Assembly (NCBI GenBank): GCA_964449285.1
Contig: CAYUZX010000012.1
Location: 150-64,149 of the forward strand
Source of the DNA: an uncultured Prolixibacteraceae bacterium
GTDB lineage: Bacteria > Bacteroidota > Bacteroidia > Bacteroidales > FEN-979
Length of the DNA: 64,000 nucleotides
Reading direction: 5' to 3'
Shown here: positions 8,401 to 15,745 of the stretch, piece after piece
Layout of the letters: every line of letters begins with the position of its first letter
How positions within the stretch are numbered: position 1 is the stretch's first letter
The notes under the pieces: generated by a model
Database searches by the model: none
What the model was told of the DNA's origin: nothing
Seen by the model: only the letters and a program-made list of their open reading frames with translations
Program-made: the position numbers and the translations under genes

Positions 8401-10052
8401 GAGCGTTCGTACAGGCATATTTTCGAAAGATGATGATGCTCAACGATCTGGTTGAGGCGTTCCGCAAACTGAAACAGGTCAACAGGGATCCGGCATACCG
8501 CGAGTACCGGGAGCAGTATCTGGAACTGATCCTGGCCGTTCTTACAACCTTTGCAGTCTTTGATATTCTGGGGGGACAACTGATTGATTTTCTGAGCAAT
8601 CAACCGAATCTTCAACAACTGCTTTTTGTCAGGCTTCTCTTTTTCGTGCTGATCATCTCCAATTTTTCTGTCTACCTCTTTCTGGCAAACAGGCTTCCGG
8701 TTAGGATATTTATCTACCCGTTGTTCTATTTATTCACCATTGCCTCACCGCTTCTGACCTATTTCACCGGTGGGGTGGATGGTCCCTATTGGTTTGAGAT
8801 CATCTTCATCCTGGTTACCTGGTTCATGATGGTTCCGTTCAGTTACAGGCGTCTTGGGGTGCATGCCCTCATCCTGGCAACAATCTACAGCCTGATCATG
8901 GTTCCCCTGATCCCCCATCCTATCGACTGGGTGGTATTTACTGAACATGGCATGGTCTTCGTTGCCGTTTTTATCCTGGGGATGCTGGTTGCCATCTTCA
9001 ACAACCTCTTCTCCTCTTCCGTATTTTTCAGCGAACAACGAATAGCTAAAAGCGAAAAGCGCTTCCGCATGTTTACCCAAAACAGCCTTGATGTAGTTTG
9101 GACAATCGATGCCCGAACCGGCTGCTTCACCTATGTCAGCCCTTCGGTGTTCAATCTTCGCGGCTACCGCCCGGAAGAACTGATCGGGACCACAATCACG
9201 GAGTCACTCACTCCGGCATCACAGGAGAAGCTTCGTGAACTGACAACGAAAGCCAGGGATGAGATTCGCCAGGGCAAAAAAGAAAATGTGGAGATCGGGG
9301 AGCTGGAGCAGTATACCAAAACCGGTGATACGGTGTGGATTGAGGTGATTGTCAGTTTTGTTTCTAACGACTTAGGAGAGATCGTTGAAGTGATCGGGGA
9401 TTCCAGGAATATTACAGAGCGCAAGAGGGCGGAGGGTGAGTTGCTGCAGATCCAGGAGAAGCTGAAGGAGGAGTCGCAGAAGCTACACCAGGAGAACCTC
9501 CGGATCCAGTATGAATCGCTGAAGAACCAGATCAATCCTCATTTTTTATTCAATAGTTTGAATGTTCTGACCTCCCTGATCCGGATCGATGCCGGGTTGG
9601 CCGAAAAGTTTACCGAACAAATGGCCAAGGTATACCGCTATGTGTTGGAACACAAGGAGGAGGATACGGTGACGCTGCAGACAGAACTCGATTTCATCAA
9701 GTCATATATCTTTCTGCTGGAGATCCGGTTTCAGGGGAAAGTGTTGTTTGACATAGATATTCCCGAAACATACCTCGACCGTCATATACCTCCCCTGACA
9801 GTCCAGCTCCTCATTGAGAATGCGGTGAAGCATAATGTCTTCTCAAAGAAAGATCCGCTCAAAGTGAAACTCTTCGTAGATAAGGAGGACTATTTCAACA
9901 TCGTGAACAATCTGCAGAAGCGGGAAGTGGGGATGGGTTCTACGGCGGTGGGGTTACAAAACATAATTGACCGGTTCCGGCAGCTGACGCACCGGATGCC
10001 GGAATTCGGGGAGCAGGGGGATCAGTTTATTGCGCGGATACCGCTGCTGTAA
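8397..10052 (+). CDS. LytS/YehU-type sensor histidine kinase with polytopic N-domain and PAS domain
   Basis: Motifs are NQINPHFLFNSLNVL (His_kinase-type H box) and ENAVKHN (N box), with a PAS-like stretch and a coiled coil. The ATG overlaps the RND stop (ATGA at 8397-8400). Confidence 0.85.
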   Translation: MRAFVQAYFRKMMMLNDLVEAFRKLKQVNRDPAYREYREQYLELILAVLTTFAVFDILGGQLIDFLSNQPNLQQLLFVRLLFFVLIISNFSVYLFLANRLPVRIFIYPLFYLFTIASPLLTYFTGGVDGPYWFEIIFILVTWFMMVPFSYRRLGVHALILATIYSLIMVPLIPHPIDWVVFTEHGMVFVAVFILGMLVAIFNNLFSSSVFFSEQRIAKSEKRFRMFTQNSLDVVWTIDARTGCFTYVSPSVFNLRGYRPEELIGTTITESLTPASQEKLRELTTKARDEIRQGKKENVEIGELEQYTKTGDTVWIEVIVSFVSNDLGEIVEVIGDSRNITERKRAEGELLQIQEKLKEESQKLHQENLRIQYESLKNQINPHFLFNSLNVLTSLIRIDAGLAEKFTEQMAKVYRYVLEHKEEDTVTLQTELDFIKSYIFLLEIRFQGKVLFDIDIPETYLDRHIPPLTVQLLIENAVKHNVFSKKDPLKVKLFVDKEDYFNIVNNLQKREVGMGSTAVGLQNIIDRFRQLTHRMPEFGEQGDQFIARIPLL

Positions 10053-10133
10053 AAGAATCCTCAGATATGAGCCATATTGTAACAAGAATGTACACTAATA
10101 TCCTTAGCGGTAAAAGTCTTCGTTTACGGGACC

Positions 10134-10172
10134 TTAACCGCAAAAACGCGAAGGCGCAAAGAGCGCAAAAGA
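10134..10172 (-). repeat. word-repeat, TTTGCGCC..GCG..TTTGCGGT family
   Basis: The reverse complement CTCTTTGCGCCTTCGCGTTTTTGCGGTTAA matches GTCTTTGCGCCTTTGCGTCTTTGCGGTGAA at 23141-23170 at about 26 of 30 positions. Confidence 0.7.
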
Positions 10173-10196
10173 TCTCAGAATAAAGAAATTTGAACA

Positions 10197-10952
10197 ATGA
10201 AAGTAGTAATCATAGAAGACGAAGAACTCTCCGCCCAGCGGCTGGAGAAGATGATCCTGGAGATCGATCTCTCGATCAGCGTTCTGGCGAAGCTCGAATC
10301 GATCGAATCGGCTGTGGCGTGGTTCAGGTCCAATCCCGATCCCGACCTGATCTTTCTGGATATTCATCTGGAGGACGGGATCAGCTTCAACATCTTCGAC
10401 CAGGTGACCATCCAGTCACCCATCATTTTCACTACAGCCTATGACGAATATGCCATCAAGGCTTTCAAATTGAAGAGCATCGACTACCTGTTAAAGCCAA
10501 TCACCCGGGAAGAACTCGAAACAGCGCTCCGGAAATACCGGAACTGGACTGCGCTGGAGAAGCCGACGATCGACATCAGGGCGCTCTATGACCTGATCCA
10601 TCCTGAGAAACATTACCGTACACGGTTTTCGGTCATAGTTGGCGACCGGATCAAATCCATACCGGTGGAGGAGGTGGCCTATTTTTATTCGGCCGACGGG
10701 ATCACATTTATGGTCTGTCGCAACACGCATGCATACACCCTGGATGGGAGCCTGGAGACTCTCGGGCACGAACTCGATCCGTCAAGGTTTTTCCGCGCCA
10801 ACCGCCAGTTCCTCGTGGGGCTCGGCAGTGTGGTTCAGGCACATGTTTACCCCAAAAGCCGCCTGAAACTAGAACTGAAGCCAGACACGAATCAGGAGGT
10901 TTTCGTCAGCATCGACAGAGTTGTGGGGTTTAAGATGTGGCTGGAGGGGTAG
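10197..10952 (+). CDS. LytTR-family response regulator
   Basis: It has a REC domain (VIIEDEE ... LIFLDIHLEDG) followed by a LytTR DNA-binding C-terminal domain. It lies downstream of the LytS-type kinase. Confidence 0.9.
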   Translation: MKVVIIEDEELSAQRLEKMILEIDLSISVLAKLESIESAVAWFRSNPDPDLIFLDIHLEDGISFNIFDQVTIQSPIIFTTAYDEYAIKAFKLKSIDYLLKPITREELETALRKYRNWTALEKPTIDIRALYDLIHPEKHYRTRFSVIVGDRIKSIPVEEVAYFYSADGITFMVCRNTHAYTLDGSLETLGHELDPSRFFRANRQFLVGLGSVVQAHVYPKSRLKLELKPDTNQEVFVSIDRVVGFKMWLEG

Positions 10953-11103
10953 GGAAGAGAGTCCGCTCACGTTATCCTTCAGGTAAAAATTACGGTTACT
11001 GTCCGTATATAGATAACCCCTATTTGCTGCAAAGATATGGGATAACAGTTGAATTCATTGGAATTCTTAAAGGTATGAAGGAGTGAATAAGCAGCATTCA
11101 GCA

Positions 11104-11580
11104 TCAGGCATCCGGCATCAGACTCGCAATCAACGGCCACGCACAAGCGGCCAGCAGTGCCAGTGTCAGCAATAGCCGGAGCGCATTCTTCACCGACCGG
11201 TTTTTCGTCGCGAAGATGTCCCAGGTATGAATCATCGCGGAGATTATGAAGAAGATGAGCGTGGCGATTAGAATCGTGGCATCGGCATAGAGGCCCCAAT
11301 TGAAGATGAAGACCAACGTCGCTGTGATGGCAAAAGCCAGGTTGGCGCCTCCCGACTGCTTCTGGTACCGCGGATCAGCCTCCCTTCCCATCGACCCGGC
11401 AGATGCCTTTCCGAAGAAGAGGCCTTCGATACCGGTTAGTCCAGCCATGACGACGATGACGAAGAAGCTCAAATAATGAAGGGTTGTTTTTGGATCACCG
11501 TTGCCCAACTGATAGGCAAAAAAGATCCCGGCGCAGATGCCGGTGATCCTGGACCATTCGAATAATTTTGGAGTATTCAT
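11104..11580 (-). CDS. hypothetical integral membrane protein
   Basis: A 158-aa ORF with 4-5 hydrophobic helices. I recognise no motif. Confidence 0.55.
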   Translation of the reverse strand: MNTPKLFEWSRITGICAGIFFAYQLGNGDPKTTLHYLSFFVIVVMAGLTGIEGLFFGKASAGSMGREADPRYQKQSGGANLAFAITATLVFIFNWGLYADATILIATLIFFIISAMIHTWDIFATKNRSVKNALRLLLTLALLAACAWPLIASLMPDA

Positions 11581-11759
11581 ATGAAGCGTGGTGTAAATGA
11601 CTATAAATGTTAAGGGACTCTGCAGCTGAAAAACACGACAGGCATGATATAGCCTAAGTAAAGGAAATAGTTAATCTTCATTGGTTGGGGCAGAAATCAA
11701 GTTAAGGTTTTCATGAGTTTAAAATAACAAAATTATAGTATAAATTTGCTGCGTCGATC

Positions 11760-11834
11760 GGGACGTTAGCTCAGTTGGTTCAGAGCGCTGCCTTCACACG
11801 GCAGAGGTCACTGGTTCGAATCCAGTACGTCCCA
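11760..11834 (+). tRNA. tRNA-Val (anticodon CAC)
   Basis: I folded the cloverleaf by hand. The acceptor stem is GGGACGT/ACGTCCC, the D arm is GCTC..GAGC, the anticodon stem is CTGCC/GGCAG with loop TTCACAC, and the T arm is ACTGG-TTCGAAT-CCAGT. The discriminator is A and CCA is not encoded. Confidence 0.9.
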
Positions 11835-11839
11835 CGCCT

Positions 11840-11877
11840 CAGATAATGACTACACGACACTTATTATCTGCCTTTTC
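11840..11877. terminator. hairpin between tRNA-Val and the convergent AttH-like gene
   Basis: An 8-bp stem, CAGATAAT (11840-47) with ATTATCTG (11863-70), is followed by CCTTTTC. Confidence 0.4.
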
Positions 11878-11905
11878 ATGATCATTCGTATTAACCGAGA
11901 GTCTT

Positions 11906-13492
11906 TCATAGAGTATTGGAGACGGGATTTTTTTTTCTCTTTACCAGCACAATGATGACCAGAATCAGGATGATTACCAATGCTACCGGGGAAGCCAGAA
12001 CAACGAAGCTCTGAATGACCAGCCATGTGCCGGGCGGGCTGGCAATCAATAGCTGGCGGTTGGCAGCATTATCTTCGATTCCCAGCAATGCCATGTTCTC
12101 TTTCAGGGCAAACGCCTCTCCCGAATAGTTTACCCCCTCTCCGAATCCATATCCGGAGATCTCTTTCCCCTCTTTTGTGCCCTTCGCAATCACGCCACCT
12201 TCCCGGATCTCACTGGCTGCCGAATAGATAAATTGATCGTCGACAGTGGAAGCCATGGTGAATTCCAGCTTCTTATCAGGGATATTCACCTCCCAGCCGT
12301 TAGGATACCAGGCCTTGGACCTCGGACTGCGCATCCATTTTGTGATCGTGACCGTTCCGGTGATATTTTCTCCTTTGCCAGCTTCATCAATGTACTTTCC
12401 TGAAATCGTTCTTGTAACCGGATCGGGAGGATCTTCACCCTTGTTTTTCAGATCGGCTGTCTTGTCGGAATGGGGAGAGGCAAAGGTCACTTCGGTGTTG
12501 TCGTCAAACTGCACATCCGACCAGTCCCAGCCAAATGACTTCGGAGTTTCGCCGGAGAGGCCTTCGCGGATATTTTCAATCGCCTGAACCAGGATGTTTT
12601 TCGGATACCCGGTTGGCGAAATACCGGCCAGCCACTGGTGGTCCATCCACATCTTGCCTGTAAGATGTCTGGTTTCACCTTGAAAGGTTACTGTGCCCGT
12701 TGTCTTGATATTGGGGAAAGAGTAATACCAGGTTCCCAATCCGAATATGGAAGGTATTTTACCGTTATCTCCCTGAAGTAGCAGAGGTTTGCTCTCTGCA
12801 AGATTGAGATCGATCGAAAGCTCCCTGACAGGATCGTTAACCGCAATTCTCATCGGGAATACCCTCTCTTTTTGTAGGCTAACCGCACTGTTCATCCCTA
12901 TCCGGGCAATAAAGGGTTCGATACCATAGGTGATCTCTCCGCCGGTTCCGGAGAAGATGGGATTACTGCCGGTAATATGCAAATTCTGATCGGCATAATT
13001 AACGGCCACGACAGTTTGCACCAGCTGGTTATCTAGCGCCGACAAGCCAAGTTTGTCAGCAATACGCGGGGGATAGAGAGCCCGACGGAAAAAGACGACA
13101 ACAATATCGATCTCATTCCCGTTGGTGTCCAGGAAATTCCCCGACCAGAAGTACCACCCGAACTGGAAATCGAGTTGAGCCTTGTGATCACGCGGAAAGA
13201 TCAGGGTATCGTTCGTGTTCATATCCGAATAGCCATGGAAATAGTCCTGTCCCATGAAGTTCGGCAATACATAGCATTGGGTGTAGTCCAACCCTTTTTC
13301 AGCCCTCTCCATCAGCAGATCATACCGTGCCGGGTATTTTTGAACGAGAGGAGTTCGCGTGGAGAGTACGCTGTTGATCATGACTGCTGTTGGCTGAGCG
13401 ATATCCTTTTTCATCCCCGGAGGGCTGTTAAAAAATAAAATCAGGAGCGCTGCTCCGACAATGAGGAGTAAAATTGTGATGACTGCTTTCAT
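11906..13492 (-). CDS. AttH/CrtC-like (lipocalin-fold hydratase-like) protein with N- and C-terminal TM anchors
   Basis: A 528-aa protein with a WMDHQW motif and the overall look of the AttH / hydroxyneurosporene-synthase family. It is hydrophobic at the N-terminus (AVITILLLIVGAALLILFF) and at the C-terminus (ALVIILILVIIVLV). Confidence 0.5.
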   Translation of the reverse strand: MKAVITILLLIVGAALLILFFNSPPGMKKDIAQPTAVMINSVLSTRTPLVQKYPARYDLLMERAEKGLDYTQCYVLPNFMGQDYFHGYSDMNTNDTLIFPRDHKAQLDFQFGWYFWSGNFLDTNGNEIDIVVVFFRRALYPPRIADKLGLSALDNQLVQTVVAVNYADQNLHITGSNPIFSGTGGEITYGIEPFIARIGMNSAVSLQKERVFPMRIAVNDPVRELSIDLNLAESKPLLLQGDNGKIPSIFGLGTWYYSFPNIKTTGTVTFQGETRHLTGKMWMDHQWLAGISPTGYPKNILVQAIENIREGLSGETPKSFGWDWSDVQFDDNTEVTFASPHSDKTADLKNKGEDPPDPVTRTISGKYIDEAGKGENITGTVTITKWMRSPRSKAWYPNGWEVNIPDKKLEFTMASTVDDQFIYSAASEIREGGVIAKGTKEGKEISGYGFGEGVNYSGEAFALKENMALLGIEDNAANRQLLIASPPGTWLVIQSFVVLASPVALVIILILVIIVLVKRKKNPVSNTL

Positions 13493-13539
13493 GGATTTAT
13501 TTTTTTATTAATGAGATTGACAAATACAAGAAGCTTATA

Positions 13540-13547
13540 CAAAGGTA
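13540..13547 (-). promoter_or_regulatory. Bacteroidota -7 box TACCTTTG
   Basis: It matches TAnnTTTG and lies 48 nt upstream of the start at 13492. Confidence 0.4.
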
Positions 13548-13568
13548 TTTTAAAAGAATCATTATCCA

Positions 13569-13576
13569 TATCTTTG
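13569..13576 (+). promoter_or_regulatory. Bacteroidota -7 box TATCTTTG
   Basis: It matches TAnnTTTG, upstream of the ORF starting at 13627. Confidence 0.4.
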
Positions 13577-13626
13577 ATCGTATCAAATGATGGTATCATG
13601 AAGCTGGCAAAGTCAAAGATATTTGG

Positions 13627-14289
13627 GTGGCTATCTCCTTTGTTCCGATCAGCACACTGTCCGACACGGTGATCATCAGGCTTACTGAGAATCCATCGGG
13701 ACTTCCACCCGATACAGCGGACATCATGGAAGAGTGGACGCTCACTACGTTTGGGTCATGGTCGCAATGGAATACCCCGATTCATCTGCAGGGAAACGGC
13801 ACATCCCAGCTTCAGGCCGGACATGATTATTGGTTATGGGCCATCGGCAAAGAGACCACCTGGTGCATGTGGAGCTTAAACGTGGATCCCTCATTTACAT
13901 GTCCTCATACCATCCGCCGTGAAAATGAAGACTGGCTACCTGTTTCCAACGAGACTGCCAGCGCTTTCCGGGTTGATGTTTCAGAGGTTACAGGCATTTC
14001 AACCACCGATGTAAGGGATTCACAGGGCAGCTCACTTGCCCAGAATTATCCAAACCCATTTCATGCAACAACAAACATCTCCTATACTATCGGAAAACCT
14101 GGTTTTGTCAATCTGAAAATCTATGATCTGTTTGGAAGAGAGATCCAAACGGTCGTTAATGAATTCCAGGATGCCGGGATTCATTCCATTGATTTTGATG
14201 CGGATCAACTTTCAACGGGAGTCTACTTTTATCAACTTCAGGTAGGAAGCCGGTTGGTGGATGTTAAAAAGATGTCCTGTGTGAAGTAA
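13627..14289 (+). CDS. T9SS C-terminal-sorting-domain protein with no evident signal peptide (possibly truncated)
   Basis: The C-terminal roughly 80 aa (NYPNPFHATTNISYTI ... GVYFYQLQVG ... KKM) fit the Por/T9SS CTD pattern. The ORF needs a GTG start, and its N-terminus (MAISFVPISTLSD) is not signal-like. Confidence 0.55.
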   Translation: MAISFVPISTLSDTVIIRLTENPSGLPPDTADIMEEWTLTTFGSWSQWNTPIHLQGNGTSQLQAGHDYWLWAIGKETTWCMWSLNVDPSFTCPHTIRRENEDWLPVSNETASAFRVDVSEVTGISTTDVRDSQGSSLAQNYPNPFHATTNISYTIGKPGFVNLKIYDLFGREIQTVVNEFQDAGIHSIDFDADQLSTGVYFYQLQVGSRLVDVKKMSCVK

Positions 14290-14307
14290 CTGACATCCGA
14301 TTTTATC

Positions 14308-14571
14308 ATGCATTTCGAAAATATTTTTGCCAAAATGCAAATATTTGTACTGGAAAAGAGAATGTATATGATGCAACCTGGATTAATTGAGAACCTGCTG
14401 GAACTGGACAGGATAGCTAGAGCTGACGGAAACAAATACCCCCCAAAACGGTATATGTATCCTCATTTGGAGTATCTGATGACCAAAACCAGACAGATTA
14501 CCGGTATTGTTGGCCTTCGTGGTACGGGGAATCCCATTGATTTTGTTCGGCTTCTTATGGTAGTTTTTTGA
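14308..14571 (+). pseudogene. possible N-terminal fragment of an AAA-type ATPase gene
   Basis: The translation ends in TGIVGLRGTGNPIDF. This resembles a Walker A (G.RG.GKT) that breaks off after GTG, and no ATPase body follows. Confidence 0.3.
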
Positions 14572-14731
14572 TTGACCTCCCGGATGCCATTTCAACAACA
14601 GGATCGATGGTGATGGTATAGCAGCCTTTGTTGGTGTTGGTATAGGAGACCTGTTCGGGGCCATAGGGACCGTGTTGTTTTGGATGAAATTTTTCATATC
14701 CTACAGGAAATGAGAATTTTAAGTTGTTCAT
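14555..14731 (-). CDS. 58-aa hypothetical small protein downstream of the racemase-family gene
   Basis: My own translation is MNNLKFSFPVGYEKFHPKQHGPYGPEQVSYTNTNKGCYTITIDPVVEMASGRSIKKLP. It starts 6 nt after the upstream stop and falls below the ORF-track length cut-off. Confidence 0.3.
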   Translation of the reverse strand: MNNLKFSFPVGYEKFHPKQHGPYGPEQVSYTNTNKGCYTITIDPVVEMASGRSIKKLP

Positions 14732-14737
14732 TATCAG

Positions 14738-15436
14738 TTATGGTTCGATCATTCTTGTGACCAGACTCTCAACGTGAATCTTAGTGGTATCAACTATCTC
14801 AAAATCTTCAAAATCAGATTGGTTAAGAATCAATGGCAATTCCGTGCCTCCTAAAATCAATCCTTCGATGGATTCTTTTTCGTGCAATTCTTTTACTATC
14901 CGGAGAAGTTGGTTTTTGGTTTCAGGAATAACCTTGTTCAGGACCAGCTCTGACATGTATTTTTCGTGAATGTAGTCCTGTTCCGGGGGATTCGGTATTA
15001 CGACTTCAAGGCCGTATTTCCCGGCAATCTTCTGATAAAATCCGAACGTCATGGTTGATTTTGTCCCGAAAAGCCCCACCCGTTTCAACTTTTTCGATGC
15101 AATGAACAGGCAGGTCTCCTCCACGATGCTGATCAGTGGGATATGAGCCCGTTCCGCCAATTTATCAAACACGATATGGGGAGTGTTCGATGCAATGGCT
15201 GCAAAATCGACTCCTGCTCTCTCAAGGATTAATATTCTGGCAGCGAGGAAATCGACCAGTTTGTCAAGCTGGTTCGTAAACACATAATCAAGCATCTCGG
15301 TCATATTGATGCTATGGATGAGGATCTCAGGATATTCTTTTGTGTTCAACCGTTCCTGAAACCGCTGAATGATCAGTCGGTAGTATGCAATGGACGATTC
15401 CGGCCCAACGCCTCCTATTAGCCCTAACTTCTTCAT
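14738..15436 (-). CDS. Asp/Glu/hydantoin-racemase superfamily protein lacking both signature cysteines
   Basis: The N-terminus is MKKLGLIGGVGPESS. Signature-1 position reads AIASNTPH (Ser83 where Cys or Thr is expected). Signature-2 position reads LILGGTELPL (Gly197 where Cys is expected). Confidence 0.8.
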   Translation of the reverse strand: MKKLGLIGGVGPESSIAYYRLIIQRFQERLNTKEYPEILIHSINMTEMLDYVFTNQLDKLVDFLAARILILERAGVDFAAIASNTPHIVFDKLAERAHIPLISIVEETCLFIASKKLKRVGLFGTKSTMTFGFYQKIAGKYGLEVVIPNPPEQDYIHEKYMSELVLNKVIPETKNQLLRIVKELHEKESIEGLILGGTELPLILNQSDFEDFEIVDTTKIHVESLVTRMIEP

Positions 15437-15652
15437 TTTATTGGTTTTATTTTTATGAATAATCTCGAGTTCTGTCTGTCCATGTCATGGGATTACCATG
15501 TACCCAGGTTATTTGAGGAACGTGGGAGGTTGAACATCAGTTTACCGCATGACTTTTTCCCCCGTGGACACAAATTGTTTGTTTCGATTGAGATTTCATT
15601 GATGTTGATTTTCTTCAATGGTAAAAATAGTGAAATTCTGGAACCAGGCATA

Positions 15653-15685
15653 ATTGCTCTGCGAGGAACAGAGTGACGAAGCAAC
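15653..15685. repeat. REP-like hairpin, ATTGC...GACGAAGCAA family
   Basis: The sequence is ATTGCTCTGCGAGGAACAGAGTGACGAAGCAA. Related copies lie at 35745-35778 and 41670-41690. Confidence 0.6.
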
Positions 15686-15702
15686 GGCATCCTCTTTTTT
15701 CT

Positions 15703-15710
15703 TACTTTTA
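15703..15710 (+). promoter_or_regulatory. -7 box-like TACTTTTA
   Basis: A near match to TAnnTTTG, 36 nt upstream of the ATG at 15746. Confidence 0.35.
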
Positions 15711-15745
15711 CAAAACTTTAATAGATCTACCAAACTTGTTCACTT

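Noticed and set aside
10190-10444. An 84-aa ORF lies in an alternative frame over the LytTR regulator start.
   Set aside because: The overlapping frame at 10197 gives a canonical REC domain, and this one is Arg/Ser/Gly-rich noise.
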